NCBI GenBank assembly: GCA_945862455.1 | Contig: CAMAXU010000004.1 | Location: 1 to 63,234 of the forward strand | Source: Rickettsia typhi | GTDB taxonomy: Bacteria > Pseudomonadota > Alphaproteobacteria > Rickettsiales > UBA1997 | Reading direction: 5' to 3' | Length of the DNA stretch: 63,234 nt | In this document: positions 28,252 through 37,653 of the stretch, one piece after another | Position numbering within the stretch: the first letter of the stretch is position 1 | How the letters are laid out: the number at the start of each line of letters is the position of its first letter | Translations under genes and position numbers: made by a program | Notes under the pieces: model-generated | Told to the model about the DNA's origin: nothing | Databases searched by the model: none | What the model saw: the letters and a program-made list of their open reading frames with translations, nothing else

Positions 28252-28276
28252 TCACCCTGAGCTTGTCGAAGGGTGA
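28252..28276. repeat. Stem-loop TCACCCT-N11-AGGGTGA
   Basis: 7-bp perfect stem (28252-28258 / 28270-28276). It lies downstream of the DUF1674 ORF and directly abuts the MITE-like element. It may act as a terminator or be a repeat fragment. Confidence 0.4.
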
Positions 28277-28280
28277 TTCT

Positions 28281-28440
28281 ATACCAAATTAACTATCTCT
28301 TGATAGCCATAACTTTGTCTTTTTGGTAAAAATTTGCTAAGAAAATGACGCTGTATCACTTGATACAGCTTACATTTCCAGTCGCAATTTTTCCTCAAAA
28401 ATACTTCGTTAGTGCTATCAAGAGATAGTTAATTTGGTAT
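28281..28440. mobile_element. 160-bp MITE-like element with perfect 27-bp terminal inverted repeats
   Basis: ATACCAAATTAACTATCTCTTGATAGC (28281-28307) is the exact reverse complement of 28414-28440. The 106-nt interior has no ORF and contains the hairpin GCTGTATC-ACTT-GATACAGC. Each TIR holds a mini-palindrome CTATC-TCTT-GATAG. Confidence 0.5.
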
Positions 28441-28537
28441 ATGTCGTTTTTTGCTAGTTTCTAATCTGGTCAATTAGAGAAGTTTTTGGAAAGTCTTGAG
28501 AATAAAAGAAGAAAGCTGATTTTTAGACCCCAATTTT

Positions 28538-29806
28538 TTAATTATGCCTAAAATTCTTCTTAATCTCATCTAAATCCATCACTTTTTTCACCTTGCCAAT
28601 CGCTGTAAATGTTGGATTTGAACCAGTAAAAATTGCTTCCGCAACTCTCGCAATATCGGCTTTTGTAACCGCAGAAACTCTTTGCAAAATTTCTTTATCT
28701 GAAATCAATCGATCGTGCGATAAAATATCGCCGCCAAGTCTTTGCATTCTTGATCCCGTGCTTTCTTTTGCCATCAATAAACCAGCTTTAAATTGTGTAT
28801 GTACACGATCCATTTCCTGACTTGAAATTTTTTCGCAGATTTTTTTCACCTCATCGCAAGTTGCAGAAATTAGTTCATTGGTTTTTTCCGGCGTAGTTCC
28901 GGCGTAAATTCCAAATAATCCCGAATCTTTGTAAGTATAATTAAAAGCATAAATCGAATAAGCCAAACCGCGATTTTCACGGACTTCTTGAAATAAGCGT
29001 GACGACATTCCGCCACCCAAAATCATCGCCAGAATTTGCGAAGCGTAATAATCTTCATCCAAATATGATTTTCCTTCAAACCCCAAAACCAAATTAATTT
29101 GTTCTAACTTTCTTTCTTTTCTGAAATCGCCGCCGCTATATTTTGCTATTTCCGAACTGTTAATTTTTGAATCTCCAAGTTTGGTAAAATATTTTTTCGA
29201 CCATTTAACTAAATCTTCTTCGTTAATATTTCCTGCCGCTGCAACAGCAATGTTATTGAAGCTATATTGATCGCGAATATAATTAACAAAATGTTCGCGC
29301 TTGAATTTTTTGATATTTTTTACCGGTCCTAAAATCGTTTGTCCCAAAGATTGATTTGAAAAAGCTACTTCCTGAAAATAATCAAAAATAATATCATCTG
29401 GTGTATCATTCGTCATCGCGATTTCTTGCAAAATTACACCACGCTCTTTTTCCAATTCTACTTTATCAAAAATCGAGTTTTGCAAAATGTCAGATAAAAA
29501 CTCCAGCGCAAATTCAGCATGCTGTTTTAAAACTTTGGCGTAGTAAACCGTTTTTTCTTTAGATGTGTAAGCGTTAATTCTGCCGCCGATTCCTTCAAAT
29601 TCTTCAGCGATTCTTTTCGAGTCTCTTTTTTTGGTTCCCTTAAAAGCCATATGCTCAAGAAAGTGTGAAATTCCGCTAATTTCAGGTGATTCGTTTCTAC
29701 TTCCAGTATTTACAAAAACTCCAACCGAAACTGTTTCAACTTCTTTCATTTGGTCCGCAGCAACACGAAGTCCGTTTGGTAAATTAACTATTTTTTGTTT
29801 AGACAT
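28538..29806 (-). CDS. M16-family zinc metallopeptidase (mitochondrial-processing-peptidase-like)
   Basis: 422 aa. Inverted zinc motif HFLEHMAFKGT and the two-domain M16 layout. Confidence 0.9.
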   Translation of the reverse strand: MSKQKIVNLPNGLRVAADQMKEVETVSVGVFVNTGSRNESPEISGISHFLEHMAFKGTKKRDSKRIAEEFEGIGGRINAYTSKEKTVYYAKVLKQHAEFALEFLSDILQNSIFDKVELEKERGVILQEIAMTNDTPDDIIFDYFQEVAFSNQSLGQTILGPVKNIKKFKREHFVNYIRDQYSFNNIAVAAAGNINEEDLVKWSKKYFTKLGDSKINSSEIAKYSGGDFRKERKLEQINLVLGFEGKSYLDEDYYASQILAMILGGGMSSRLFQEVRENRGLAYSIYAFNYTYKDSGLFGIYAGTTPEKTNELISATCDEVKKICEKISSQEMDRVHTQFKAGLLMAKESTGSRMQRLGGDILSHDRLISDKEILQRVSAVTKADIARVAEAIFTGSNPTFTAIGKVKKVMDLDEIKKNFRHN

Positions 29807-30190
29807 AAACTAAGGGAAAGAATTTTGTATTTTTAAGAGCCCGTTTAAGATCTTTTTTAATTTCAGATTTTGGCATATTTTTTACCAAAAATTGAATCAA
29901 AATGCGGGATTAAAAAGATTTTAGACAGGCTCTAAGAGGTTTTGTTATCTTGAATAGCCCTTTATTATTGTCAATCTATGAGACCAGAATTTACAAGAGA
30001 TGAATGGCAGTTTGCTATTGATATTGGACCATTGCTGCCGATTTTCATAAAAGAAAAACTGGATGCTTTTCTGCAAAATTTACAAAAACTTTTGTCTTCC
30101 TGCATAAAGTAGTGATCTTGATGCGAAAATCTTGCCAAAAAAGCGGGTGAATTGGAAAGAGGTTTTTTATCTTCTTTCCTCTTCCTCTTG

Positions 30191-30370
30191 TTAAGAGTTT
30201 TGGTTATTTTGCTGATTGGCATTTTTACCATTGGTGTCGCAAAAATCTCTGATTTCTTCTTCGGTACGATCTTCTTGCAAGAAGCTATATAATTTATTTT
30301 GAAAATCTTTGCTTCCGCCATTATTTGTCAAAGCTTGAGAATTGTTGTTTTGATTATTTTGATTTGTCAT
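30191..30370 (-). CDS. Small N/Q-rich protein, paralogue A (59 aa)
   Basis: My own translation, not in the track: MTNQNNQNNNSQALTNNGGSKDFQNKLYSFLQEDRTEEEIRDFCDTNGKNANQQNNQNS. An SD-like AGGTG lies 6 nt upstream. It shares the pattern Q.KL..FL....T..EI..FC with the neighbouring ORF. Confidence 0.55.
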   Translation of the reverse strand: MTNQNNQNNNSQALTNNGGSKDFQNKLYSFLQEDRTEEEIRDFCDTNGKNANQQNNQNS

Positions 30371-30397
30371 GTGAGCACCTAGTTTTAAATTTTAAGT

Positions 30398-30430
30398 ATA
30401 AAAAAATGGGGAGAGAATTTTTCTCCCCCC
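30398..30430 (-). terminator. Rho-independent terminator between the two small paralogues
   Basis: Read on the minus strand: GGGGAGA (30428-30422), a 7-nt loop, TCTCCCC (30414-30408), then A and a T7 run (30406-30400). Confidence 0.55.
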
Positions 30431-30436
30431 ATTTCT

Positions 30437-30619
30437 TTATTCATTGTCAGAGCTTTTTTTGCTTGAGCCTGAAGATTGCTTTTCACAGAAAGCCATAATT
30501 TCTTGATCTGTGTGAGTTCCTTTTTCTAGGAAATTTGACAGTTTTTGTTGCAAACCTGAAGATGCAGCTTGAGTGTTTTTAGCTGATGACGAAGTGTTAT
30601 TATTATTTTCTCTATTCAT
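30437..30619 (-). CDS. Small N/S/Q-rich protein, paralogue B (60 aa)
   Basis: MNRENNNNTSSSAKNTQAASSGLQQKLSNFLEKGTHTDQEIMAFCEKQSSGSSKKSSDNE. I prefer the ATG at 30619, which has GAGG 6 nt upstream. The track start is 30631. Confidence 0.55.
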   Translation of the reverse strand: MNRENNNNTSSSAKNTQAASSGLQQKLSNFLEKGTHTDQEIMAFCEKQSSGSSKKSSDNE

Positions 30620-30865
30620 ACGTAACCTCATTTAAAATTAAGTTAGTAGTAAGTAAAACATCCGATTTTTAATTCGGACATTTATCCGCAGATTAAAAAC
30701 AGCAAAAGTCAATTTATATAAATGGGATGAGAATTTATCGTGTCATTTTGAAGATCACTCTTTCTTTTAAAACCTTTATTAAAAAGCGAAAAAAAATTCA
30801 CAAACTTAAAAAACCTTTCTATAACAAAACTAATCGAAACCTAAAATTAAGAATAGATCCCATAA

Positions 30866-32680
30866 ATGAAAAATTCTCCACTTCTATCAATTCGCGAAGC
30901 TACTATTTCTTTTGCTAAAAAAACTCTTTTTGAAAATTTGCATTTAAATCTTTTCCCACGCGATCGTATTTGCTTAATTGGTAAAAATGGCGTTGGAAAA
31001 ACCACGTTAATGAATGCAATTGTCGGCAATTTTGATCTTGATTACGGTGAACGCTGGATCATGCCACACGCGGTTGTAGGGTATCTTTCGCAAAATGAAA
31101 AATTGCCCAAAAATGTCACCATTTTTGATTTTATCATGGATGGTTTGAAAATTGATGAACATAAAACTTACGTTGTCGATATTGTTTGCGACCATTTAGA
31201 AATCGATAAAAATGCCCTAACTCACACTCTTTCTGGCGGTCAAAAACGCCGCGTTAGTTTGGCTCGCGCTCTGGTTTTAGAACCGGATATTTTGCTACTT
31301 GACGAGCCAACAAACCATTTAGATTTACACGTTATTCAATGGTTAGAAAATTATCTCCAAAGCTATCAAGGCTCGCTAATCGTGATTTCGCACGATCGAA
31401 AATTTTTAGAAAAAGTTTCCAACAAGGTTTTTTGGTTGCGCGCCAATAAGTTGAAAGTGAATCAACAAGGTTACAAAGATTTCGATGAATGGTCGCAAAA
31501 TATTATTGAACATGAACGTCGCGAGCTGGAGAATTTAGTTAAAAAAGTAAATTTAGAAAGTGGCTGGCTTCAAACTGGAGTAACCGGCAGAAGAAAAAGA
31601 AATATCGGGCGTTTACATTATTTGCTTGAGCTGCGTGCAAAATTAGAAGCACAAAAAAAATTGGTTCGCGCTAATCAAAGTTATATTAAAATCGAATCAC
31701 AAAAACTCGAAGAAGATGCGCCGCAAGTGATCATAAGCTTTAACAATGTTTCGAAAACTTTTGGCGAAAAAGCGTTAATTGATAAATTTTCAATCAAGAT
31801 TTTACGCGGTGAAAAAATCGGAATTATTGGAAAAAATGGTTCTGGAAAATCCACAATGTTAAAAATGATGATTGGCGAAACCAAACCAGATTCAGGAACT
31901 GTAAAACCAGCGCGCGATATGACTGTTTCTTACTTTGACCAAGCACGCAGCATGATTAAGCCTGACTCCACAATTCAGGAAATTTTATGCGACAGTGGTT
32001 CAGATTATGTTCAACTTGGAAATGGAAAAACCCGTCATATTTGTGGCTATATGAAAGATTTTTTGTTTGATCCTAAAGATTTATTAACATTAGCCGGAAC
32101 CTTATCGGGTGGACAACAAAACCGTTTATTGCTGGCAAAAACTTTGGCCAATCCCGGCAATTTTATGATTTTAGATGAACCAACAAACGATCTCGATATG
32201 GATAGTTTAGACATGCTGCAAGATTATTTAATGAAGTATGAAGGCACGCTAATTGTGGTTTCGCACGATCGTGATTTTTTAGATAATGTTGCGACCAGCA
32301 TTCTAGCTTTTGAAGGAGATTGCGTAATTACAAATCACGTTGGCGGTTATTCTGACTATTTAGAATATAAAGAAAAATATCAGAAAGATGCGCAAGAAGC
32401 CTTAAGAACAAAGGTTGTAATGAATGTTGAGGCGAGTATAAAAAAGCCTGAAGAGTCAAAAAAGTTTGCCTATAAATATCGTTTAGAATTGGAAAAACTT
32501 CCAGCAAAAATCGAAAAACTTGAAGAAAAAATTCGTAATTTAAGTGAAGAATTAAGCGAAACTGAAGACCGCAATCCCGCTAATTTAGCTCATATTGCGA
32601 TGGAAATTACTAAACTCCAAAAAGAGCTTGATGCCTCTGAAGAAAGGTGGCTCGAGCTAGAAGAATTAAAAAAATGCTAA
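30866..32680 (+). CDS. ABC-F family ATPase (Uup/YheS-like translation or regulatory factor)
   Basis: 604 aa. Two cassettes (GKNGVGKTT with LSGGQKRR, and GKNGSGKST with LSGGQQNR), no TM domain, and a C-terminal coiled coil. Confidence 0.9.
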   Translation: MKNSPLLSIREATISFAKKTLFENLHLNLFPRDRICLIGKNGVGKTTLMNAIVGNFDLDYGERWIMPHAVVGYLSQNEKLPKNVTIFDFIMDGLKIDEHKTYVVDIVCDHLEIDKNALTHTLSGGQKRRVSLARALVLEPDILLLDEPTNHLDLHVIQWLENYLQSYQGSLIVISHDRKFLEKVSNKVFWLRANKLKVNQQGYKDFDEWSQNIIEHERRELENLVKKVNLESGWLQTGVTGRRKRNIGRLHYLLELRAKLEAQKKLVRANQSYIKIESQKLEEDAPQVIISFNNVSKTFGEKALIDKFSIKILRGEKIGIIGKNGSGKSTMLKMMIGETKPDSGTVKPARDMTVSYFDQARSMIKPDSTIQEILCDSGSDYVQLGNGKTRHICGYMKDFLFDPKDLLTLAGTLSGGQQNRLLLAKTLANPGNFMILDEPTNDLDMDSLDMLQDYLMKYEGTLIVVSHDRDFLDNVATSILAFEGDCVITNHVGGYSDYLEYKEKYQKDAQEALRTKVVMNVEASIKKPEESKKFAYKYRLELEKLPAKIEKLEEKIRNLSEELSETEDRNPANLAHIAMEITKLQKELDASEERWLELEELKKC

Positions 32681-32700
32681 AACTAGATCCAAATAGTTGC

Positions 32701-33732
32701 TTAATTATCTTCTTGCTTACCTTTAAGCTCGGTCATTTTTAATAATAAACTATTCATCCGATGCCATTTTTTAATTGGCACTGATGGAATTCCAGCAACA
32801 ATTTGCATCGATTCAACGTCACGCATCACGCCAGTCATGCCAGCAACTTTTGCGCCGTCTTTAACTTGAATATGTCCTGAAATATTACTTCCGCCACCGA
32901 TTTGTACAAAATTACCAATTTTGGTACTTCCAGCAATTGCGGTACAACCAGCAATTACAGTGCCGCGAGCGATAATAACATTATGACCAATTTGCACTTG
33001 GTTATCAATTTTAGTTCCATCACCAATTTCAGTATTTTCAATTGCGCCGCGATCAACGCAACTATTAGCACCAATCTCAACAAAATTGCCGATTTTCACA
33101 ATTCCTAGCTGAATAATTTTATGATTAATTCCAGCATTATGAGCAAAACCGAAACCATCCTGACCAATTTTTGCCCCATTATAAATTATACAATTTGAAC
33201 CGATTTGAGCAAAAGAAATTACCGCTCCAGCATTGATAATAGTGTTGTCGCCGATTATACATCCATCCAGCACTGAAGAGCTTGGACCGATAAAGCAGTT
33301 TTTGCCAATTTCAACATTTTTTCCTACATAAGCATTTGGCGCGATTCTTGTTCCTTCACCAATTTTAGCTTCTGAATGAATTAGTTTTTGTCCGTCAAAT
33401 TCTGGCATTTTTTCTTCATAAAAAGTTTGTGCAATTTGCGCATAAGCAAAATAAGGATTTTTATGAGTTAATACTTTCATTCCTTGAGGTGCTTTGCTAG
33501 AGAATTTTTCTTCAGCAAAACAGAAACCAGCTTTTGAGACTAAAAATTTATCTAAATATTGACCGGCATTTATGAATGAAATTTTTTCTTCATCAGCTTG
33601 ATCCAAAGTAGAAATATCAAAAACTTTTTTGGTTAAATCACTTTCTGCAGGTGCTGTTGCTCCACTAATTTCGAGGATTTGCGCTAAAGTTAAACATTCA
33701 AACTTTTTATTAAAGAAACGACTACGAGACAT
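32701..33732 (-). CDS. lpxD: UDP-3-O-acylglucosamine N-acyltransferase
   Basis: 343 aa. Long left-handed beta-helix hexapeptide repeats and an LpxD-type N-terminal domain. Confidence 0.9.
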   Translation of the reverse strand: MSRSRFFNKKFECLTLAQILEISGATAPAESDLTKKVFDISTLDQADEEKISFINAGQYLDKFLVSKAGFCFAEEKFSSKAPQGMKVLTHKNPYFAYAQIAQTFYEEKMPEFDGQKLIHSEAKIGEGTRIAPNAYVGKNVEIGKNCFIGPSSSVLDGCIIGDNTIINAGAVISFAQIGSNCIIYNGAKIGQDGFGFAHNAGINHKIIQLGIVKIGNFVEIGANSCVDRGAIENTEIGDGTKIDNQVQIGHNVIIARGTVIAGCTAIAGSTKIGNFVQIGGGSNISGHIQVKDGAKVAGMTGVMRDVESMQIVAGIPSVPIKKWHRMNSLLLKMTELKGKQEDN

Positions 33733-33757
33733 TTAAAAAATTTATTTTAGTAATTGA

Positions 33758-34792
33758 TTATGCATGAAGTGACTCTGGAAGCTGATGACCAGTTTCAGCA
33801 TTAGAAGAATTATTATGAATAGCGCGAAAATAAACTTCTGAAATATAACGTCGCCCTTTTCCACCGCGCTTCAACTGCACAACAATATCAACTACATTTT
33901 TGATATAAGATGTAATTTCAGTTGGTGTCATTCCAAGCCCAGCTTGCATCACCATCATTTTTAGCTGTTCAATTGCCATTCTCGGTGTATCCGCGTGAAG
34001 AGTAGAAATTGATCCTGGGTGACCGGTGTTAATGGCGCGAAGAAAACTGAATGCTTCCGAACCGCGCAACTCACCCACAATAATTCTTTCTGGGCGCAAA
34101 CGTAAGCAAGCTTCAATCAAATCTTGCGTTGTAACTTTCGAACGACCTTGTCCGCCTTTTGACGCAATTAGATGCACACGATTTGGATGCGAACTTAAAT
34201 CAACCTCGCGAGCATCTTCTACCGTGATTAATCTTTCTTCATGAGGAATTGAGCGAATAACAGCGTTGGTAAATGTAGTTTTACCAGTTGAAGTACCGCC
34301 AGAAATGATGATATTTTTTTTATATAAAACTGCGCGATGCAAAAAGTCTTTGATGCGATTCAGCTTGAGAAGTTTTGCTAAAATTAAATCATTTTTATTT
34401 TCAACTTCGCCAACTGAAGTTGAATCAAACATACCCATTTTATCGTAATCTTCTAAGCTCCATTTCAAGCTTGATGGCTTACGAATTGAAATGACAACCG
34501 AACCTTGCTCGCAAGCTGGAGGGAAAACAATTTGAATACGATATCCATTGGGAAGTGTAGCAGAAAGAAGCGGCTCTTCTTCGCTTAATCTTTGTTCCGT
34601 AGCCTGAGCAACTAACCTTCCGAGAGATTTTAAATGCTCTAAATCGAAGGTTGGCAACTCTTCGCGAATCATGTCGCCTTTGAGTTCAATCCATACTTCG
34701 TGAGGACGGTTTATAGAAACTTCATTAACACCATCACGTTCAAGAATTTGCTTTAAGGGTAGTAGATATGAGTCTAATGCTGCTACGCTCAT
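33758..34792 (-). CDS. virB11: VirB11-type type IV secretion ATPase
   Basis: 344 aa. N-terminus LLPLKQILERDGVNEVSINRPHEVWIE, Walker A GGTSTGKTT, and the ...GELRG.EA..FL.A.NTGH.GS.ST.HA block. Confidence 0.85.
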   Translation of the reverse strand: MSVAALDSYLLPLKQILERDGVNEVSINRPHEVWIELKGDMIREELPTFDLEHLKSLGRLVAQATEQRLSEEEPLLSATLPNGYRIQIVFPPACEQGSVVISIRKPSSLKWSLEDYDKMGMFDSTSVGEVENKNDLILAKLLKLNRIKDFLHRAVLYKKNIIISGGTSTGKTTFTNAVIRSIPHEERLITVEDAREVDLSSHPNRVHLIASKGGQGRSKVTTQDLIEACLRLRPERIIVGELRGSEAFSFLRAINTGHPGSISTLHADTPRMAIEQLKMMVMQAGLGMTPTEITSYIKNVVDIVVQLKRGGKGRRYISEVYFRAIHNNSSNAETGHQLPESLHA

Positions 34793-34799
34793 TTAAAAC

Positions 34800-36248
34800 T
34801 TAAAATGAAATTAAAATTCCGGTTAAAAAAATGTAACCCTGATTATTTTTGATTTGTCTTTGATTACTTGGGATCGCGTACTGATTAATTATATCCAATG
34901 ATTTTGGCTGATTAGATTTAAATGCAAACTTAGTAATTTCGACATAAGGCATAAAAGCTCGTGAAAGCTTATAGTCAACCCCTAGAGAAATTGCTTCGTA
35001 ACTATTTTTTTGAAACTTACTTTTTATGGCAGTAATGCTTGTGGCAATCGGTCCGAATGCATAAGAAATTCCAGCCGTATAATAATACGGATCTTGGAAT
35101 TTTGTGACATTTGTTGTGCAAGTTTGCAAGAGCAAAGTTTCAGAAGAATTATAATCGCATGAATAAATTCCGTTTTTTGGCTGCATTGATTTTCCCCACG
35201 AACCATATGAAGCACCAAAATTAAAACCGAAATAACTGAAAGTTGCACCAAGATCATAAGCCGCTAAATCAAAGCGCTCAACGCCAATTGAAGATTTTGA
35301 ATTATTTATTTTTCCTCTTTCAGCAGTGGCTGAAATTTCAACTCCTAAATTGTCAAAATCTTCTGAATAATTAACTCCGAAACTCATAATATTTTTTATA
35401 CGAATTGCGTTAACATTATAATATTTTGTTGAAGTAATTCCACTATTCGCACTATCCGGCGCATAGCTAATTCCAAGCTGCAAACCGCTAATTCGCGGTG
35501 AGTAATAATTAATTTTTGTCGCATCTTCAACGCCATCAAAACTATCGTCTTTTAAAGCGCGAAAATTGCTGCGATTAAAACTATTAAAATCATTTTGTAC
35601 TGCATCAGCGCTATTATTATAAAAGCTGCGCGCCCCGCCGCCATGACCGATTGGTGATTGCGCAAGCATGATAAAACTAGGAAGTTTTACATTGGCACAA
35701 TTAGCTCCCGAGCAAACAGTTGTAGGAGAATTTGCTAATATTGGCATATTTATATTTTCTAAATATTTTCCGTTAATGCCGCCAGCGCCGCGCACAAATT
35801 GCGCGGGACCCGATTTCATTTTTTGATTTACTGCCTGATTATTTCCCAACTCAAATTTTCCAAATGAATTTTGTGAATAAATAAACGCCTGATCGAGATT
35901 CGGCATTTCGTTTCTACGATCTGAATTTAGGTTAAATTCAACCTTTGCAACTGCGCCATATTTATCTTTATTTTTAGTCATTATTCCGCTTTTGAAAAAA
36001 AACTGCGAATCATTTCCAACGGCTTGAGTATTACTTAAACGATTATCTGTAATGCCGTTGGGAAGAGTTTTCTGTTCAAAAATTGTCGCCTGATTTCTAG
36101 AAGCAGCAGAAAAATTAACAAAGCCATTTACCAAAAAAATTGGTAAATTTGGTTTGATAAATTTTGCTTCCGAAATTGTTTGAGCGAAAACAATTTTACA
36201 AGAAAGAAAGAAAATTAATATTGATGCGATTAGATTTATTTTTTTCAT
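34800..36248 (-). CDS. Outer-membrane beta-barrel porin
   Basis: 482 aa. Signal peptide ending VFA/QT, alternating beta-strand pattern rich in G/Y/N/S/F, and a C-terminal aromatic residue (ILISF). Confidence 0.65.
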   Translation of the reverse strand: MKKINLIASILIFFLSCKIVFAQTISEAKFIKPNLPIFLVNGFVNFSAASRNQATIFEQKTLPNGITDNRLSNTQAVGNDSQFFFKSGIMTKNKDKYGAVAKVEFNLNSDRRNEMPNLDQAFIYSQNSFGKFELGNNQAVNQKMKSGPAQFVRGAGGINGKYLENINMPILANSPTTVCSGANCANVKLPSFIMLAQSPIGHGGGARSFYNNSADAVQNDFNSFNRSNFRALKDDSFDGVEDATKINYYSPRISGLQLGISYAPDSANSGITSTKYYNVNAIRIKNIMSFGVNYSEDFDNLGVEISATAERGKINNSKSSIGVERFDLAAYDLGATFSYFGFNFGASYGSWGKSMQPKNGIYSCDYNSSETLLLQTCTTNVTKFQDPYYYTAGISYAFGPIATSITAIKSKFQKNSYEAISLGVDYKLSRAFMPYVEITKFAFKSNQPKSLDIINQYAIPSNQRQIKNNQGYIFLTGILISF

Positions 36249-36333
36249 TAGAAAAACTTGATTTGCGAAAGCGCCTTAAGACACGGATTTGCGATCAGAC
36301 TTACTTTTTTAATTCCCAATTTCTTATTTCAAA

Positions 36334-37653
36334 ATGGTTTATCTTCCTCATTGGCCAATTCCAAGCACTTTAGGTCGTCGCCAAATTGATTACGAAACCG
36401 TTTTTGAAAGAATGGAAACCGTTCTAAAAAAACTTAACAATCCTCATCAAAAACTTCCACCAGTAATTCACGTTGCAGGCACAAATGGCAAAGGTTCTGC
36501 CGTTTCATTAATTTCTAAAATTTTAACTTGCGCTGGCTACAAAAATCACATTTACACTTCGCCACATTTACATGATTGCAATGAAAGAATTGTTTTGGCA
36601 AACGAGAAAATTTCTGATTCTTTTTTATTTGAAGTAATGGAAGAAACCAGAATCCACGCTGCTCAAGAACCACAAATCACTCCCCTCACCTTCATGGAAG
36701 CTTTTACAATCGGCGCATTTTTAGCTTTTTCTAAAGTGCCGGCAGATGTTCTAATCATTGAATGTGGGATGGGCGGTCGAATTGATGCGACCAATATTTT
36801 AGAAAAAAAATTAGCCACAGTTTTAATGCCAATTTCTTTTGACCATGTTGAATATTTAGGAAACTCAATTGAAAGAATTGCACTTGAGAAATCAATGATT
36901 ATGCGCCCCAACACGCCACTAATTGTTTCTTCGCAATCTAAAAAAGCGCGCGAAATAATTGAAATTTTGGCGCACGATCAAAATATTTTAACTTATTTTT
37001 ATGATAAAGATTTTGAGATTATTGTCGATGAAGAAAGTGGTGAATTTGATTTAAGATTTGGCGAATTGATTTTTGAAAACCTTCCAAAACCAGCGCTTCT
37101 GGGCGCTCATCAATATATCAATTTCGCAACAGCGATTGCAACAGTTTTAGCAATTAGTGAAAAATTTCCAATAAAAAAAGAGGATATTTCTCAAGCAATT
37201 TCAACAGTTTCTTGGCCAAGTCGAATTGAAAAAATTGAAAATAATTTAAATAAAATTTTAAAAAATTCAGAAAGTGAAATATGGATCGACGGCGCTCACA
37301 ACCAAGCTGGAGCTTTTTCTTTAGCACGCTGGATATTGGAAAAAAATGATAAAAAAACTTTTGTAATTTGTGGATTTAGTCGCGGAAAATGCAGAAAAGA
37401 ATTTTTAGAAAAATTTAAAAATGTAGCAGAAATTATAGCAATAAGAGTTGATGGCGAGCCTTATCCTGAAGAGGCTAAAGTTATTGCAGAAATTGGTGAA
37501 TTATCAGGAATAAAAATTCTAACAGCTGATGATCTTTTGGATGCAATTAATCTTATTGCCAAAATGAATAATTATACTTCTTGTCGAATTGTGATTTGCG
37601 GCTCTTTGCATTTAGCGCGCGATGTTAGAAAATTTAACAATATCTATAAATAA
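36334..37653 (+). CDS. folC: Bifunctional folylpolyglutamate synthase / dihydrofolate synthase
   Basis: 439 aa. P-loop HVAGTNGKGS and a Mur-ligase-like layout. Confidence 0.9.
   Translation: MVYLPHWPIPSTLGRRQIDYETVFERMETVLKKLNNPHQKLPPVIHVAGTNGKGSAVSLISKILTCAGYKNHIYTSPHLHDCNERIVLANEKISDSFLFEVMEETRIHAAQEPQITPLTFMEAFTIGAFLAFSKVPADVLIIECGMGGRIDATNILEKKLATVLMPISFDHVEYLGNSIERIALEKSMIMRPNTPLIVSSQSKKAREIIEILAHDQNILTYFYDKDFEIIVDEESGEFDLRFGELIFENLPKPALLGAHQYINFATAIATVLAISEKFPIKKEDISQAISTVSWPSRIEKIENNLNKILKNSESEIWIDGAHNQAGAFSLARWILEKNDKKTFVICGFSRGKCRKEFLEKFKNVAEIIAIRVDGEPYPEEAKVIAEIGELSGIKILTADDLLDAINLIAKMNNYTSCRIVICGSLHLARDVRKFNNIYK

Noticed and set aside
29807-29875. 25-codon minus-strand upstream ORF (MPKSEIKKDLKRALKNTKFFPLVYV) overlapping the start codon of the M16 peptidase.
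   Set aside because: It is short, has no SD and no visible conservation signal. Such frames are common by chance in AT-rich spacers.
29971-30321. 116-aa minus-strand ORF from the track, together with a 44-aa plus-strand ORF at 29978-30112 (MRPEFTRDEWQFAIDIGPLLPIFIKEKLDAFLQNLQKLLSSCIK).
   Set aside because: The upstream half of the 116-aa frame is out of frame with, and overlaps, small paralogue A (30191-30370). Paralogue A is supported by its similarity to paralogue B. The remaining 29971-30190 stretch is ambiguous between the two strands, and I cannot support either reading.
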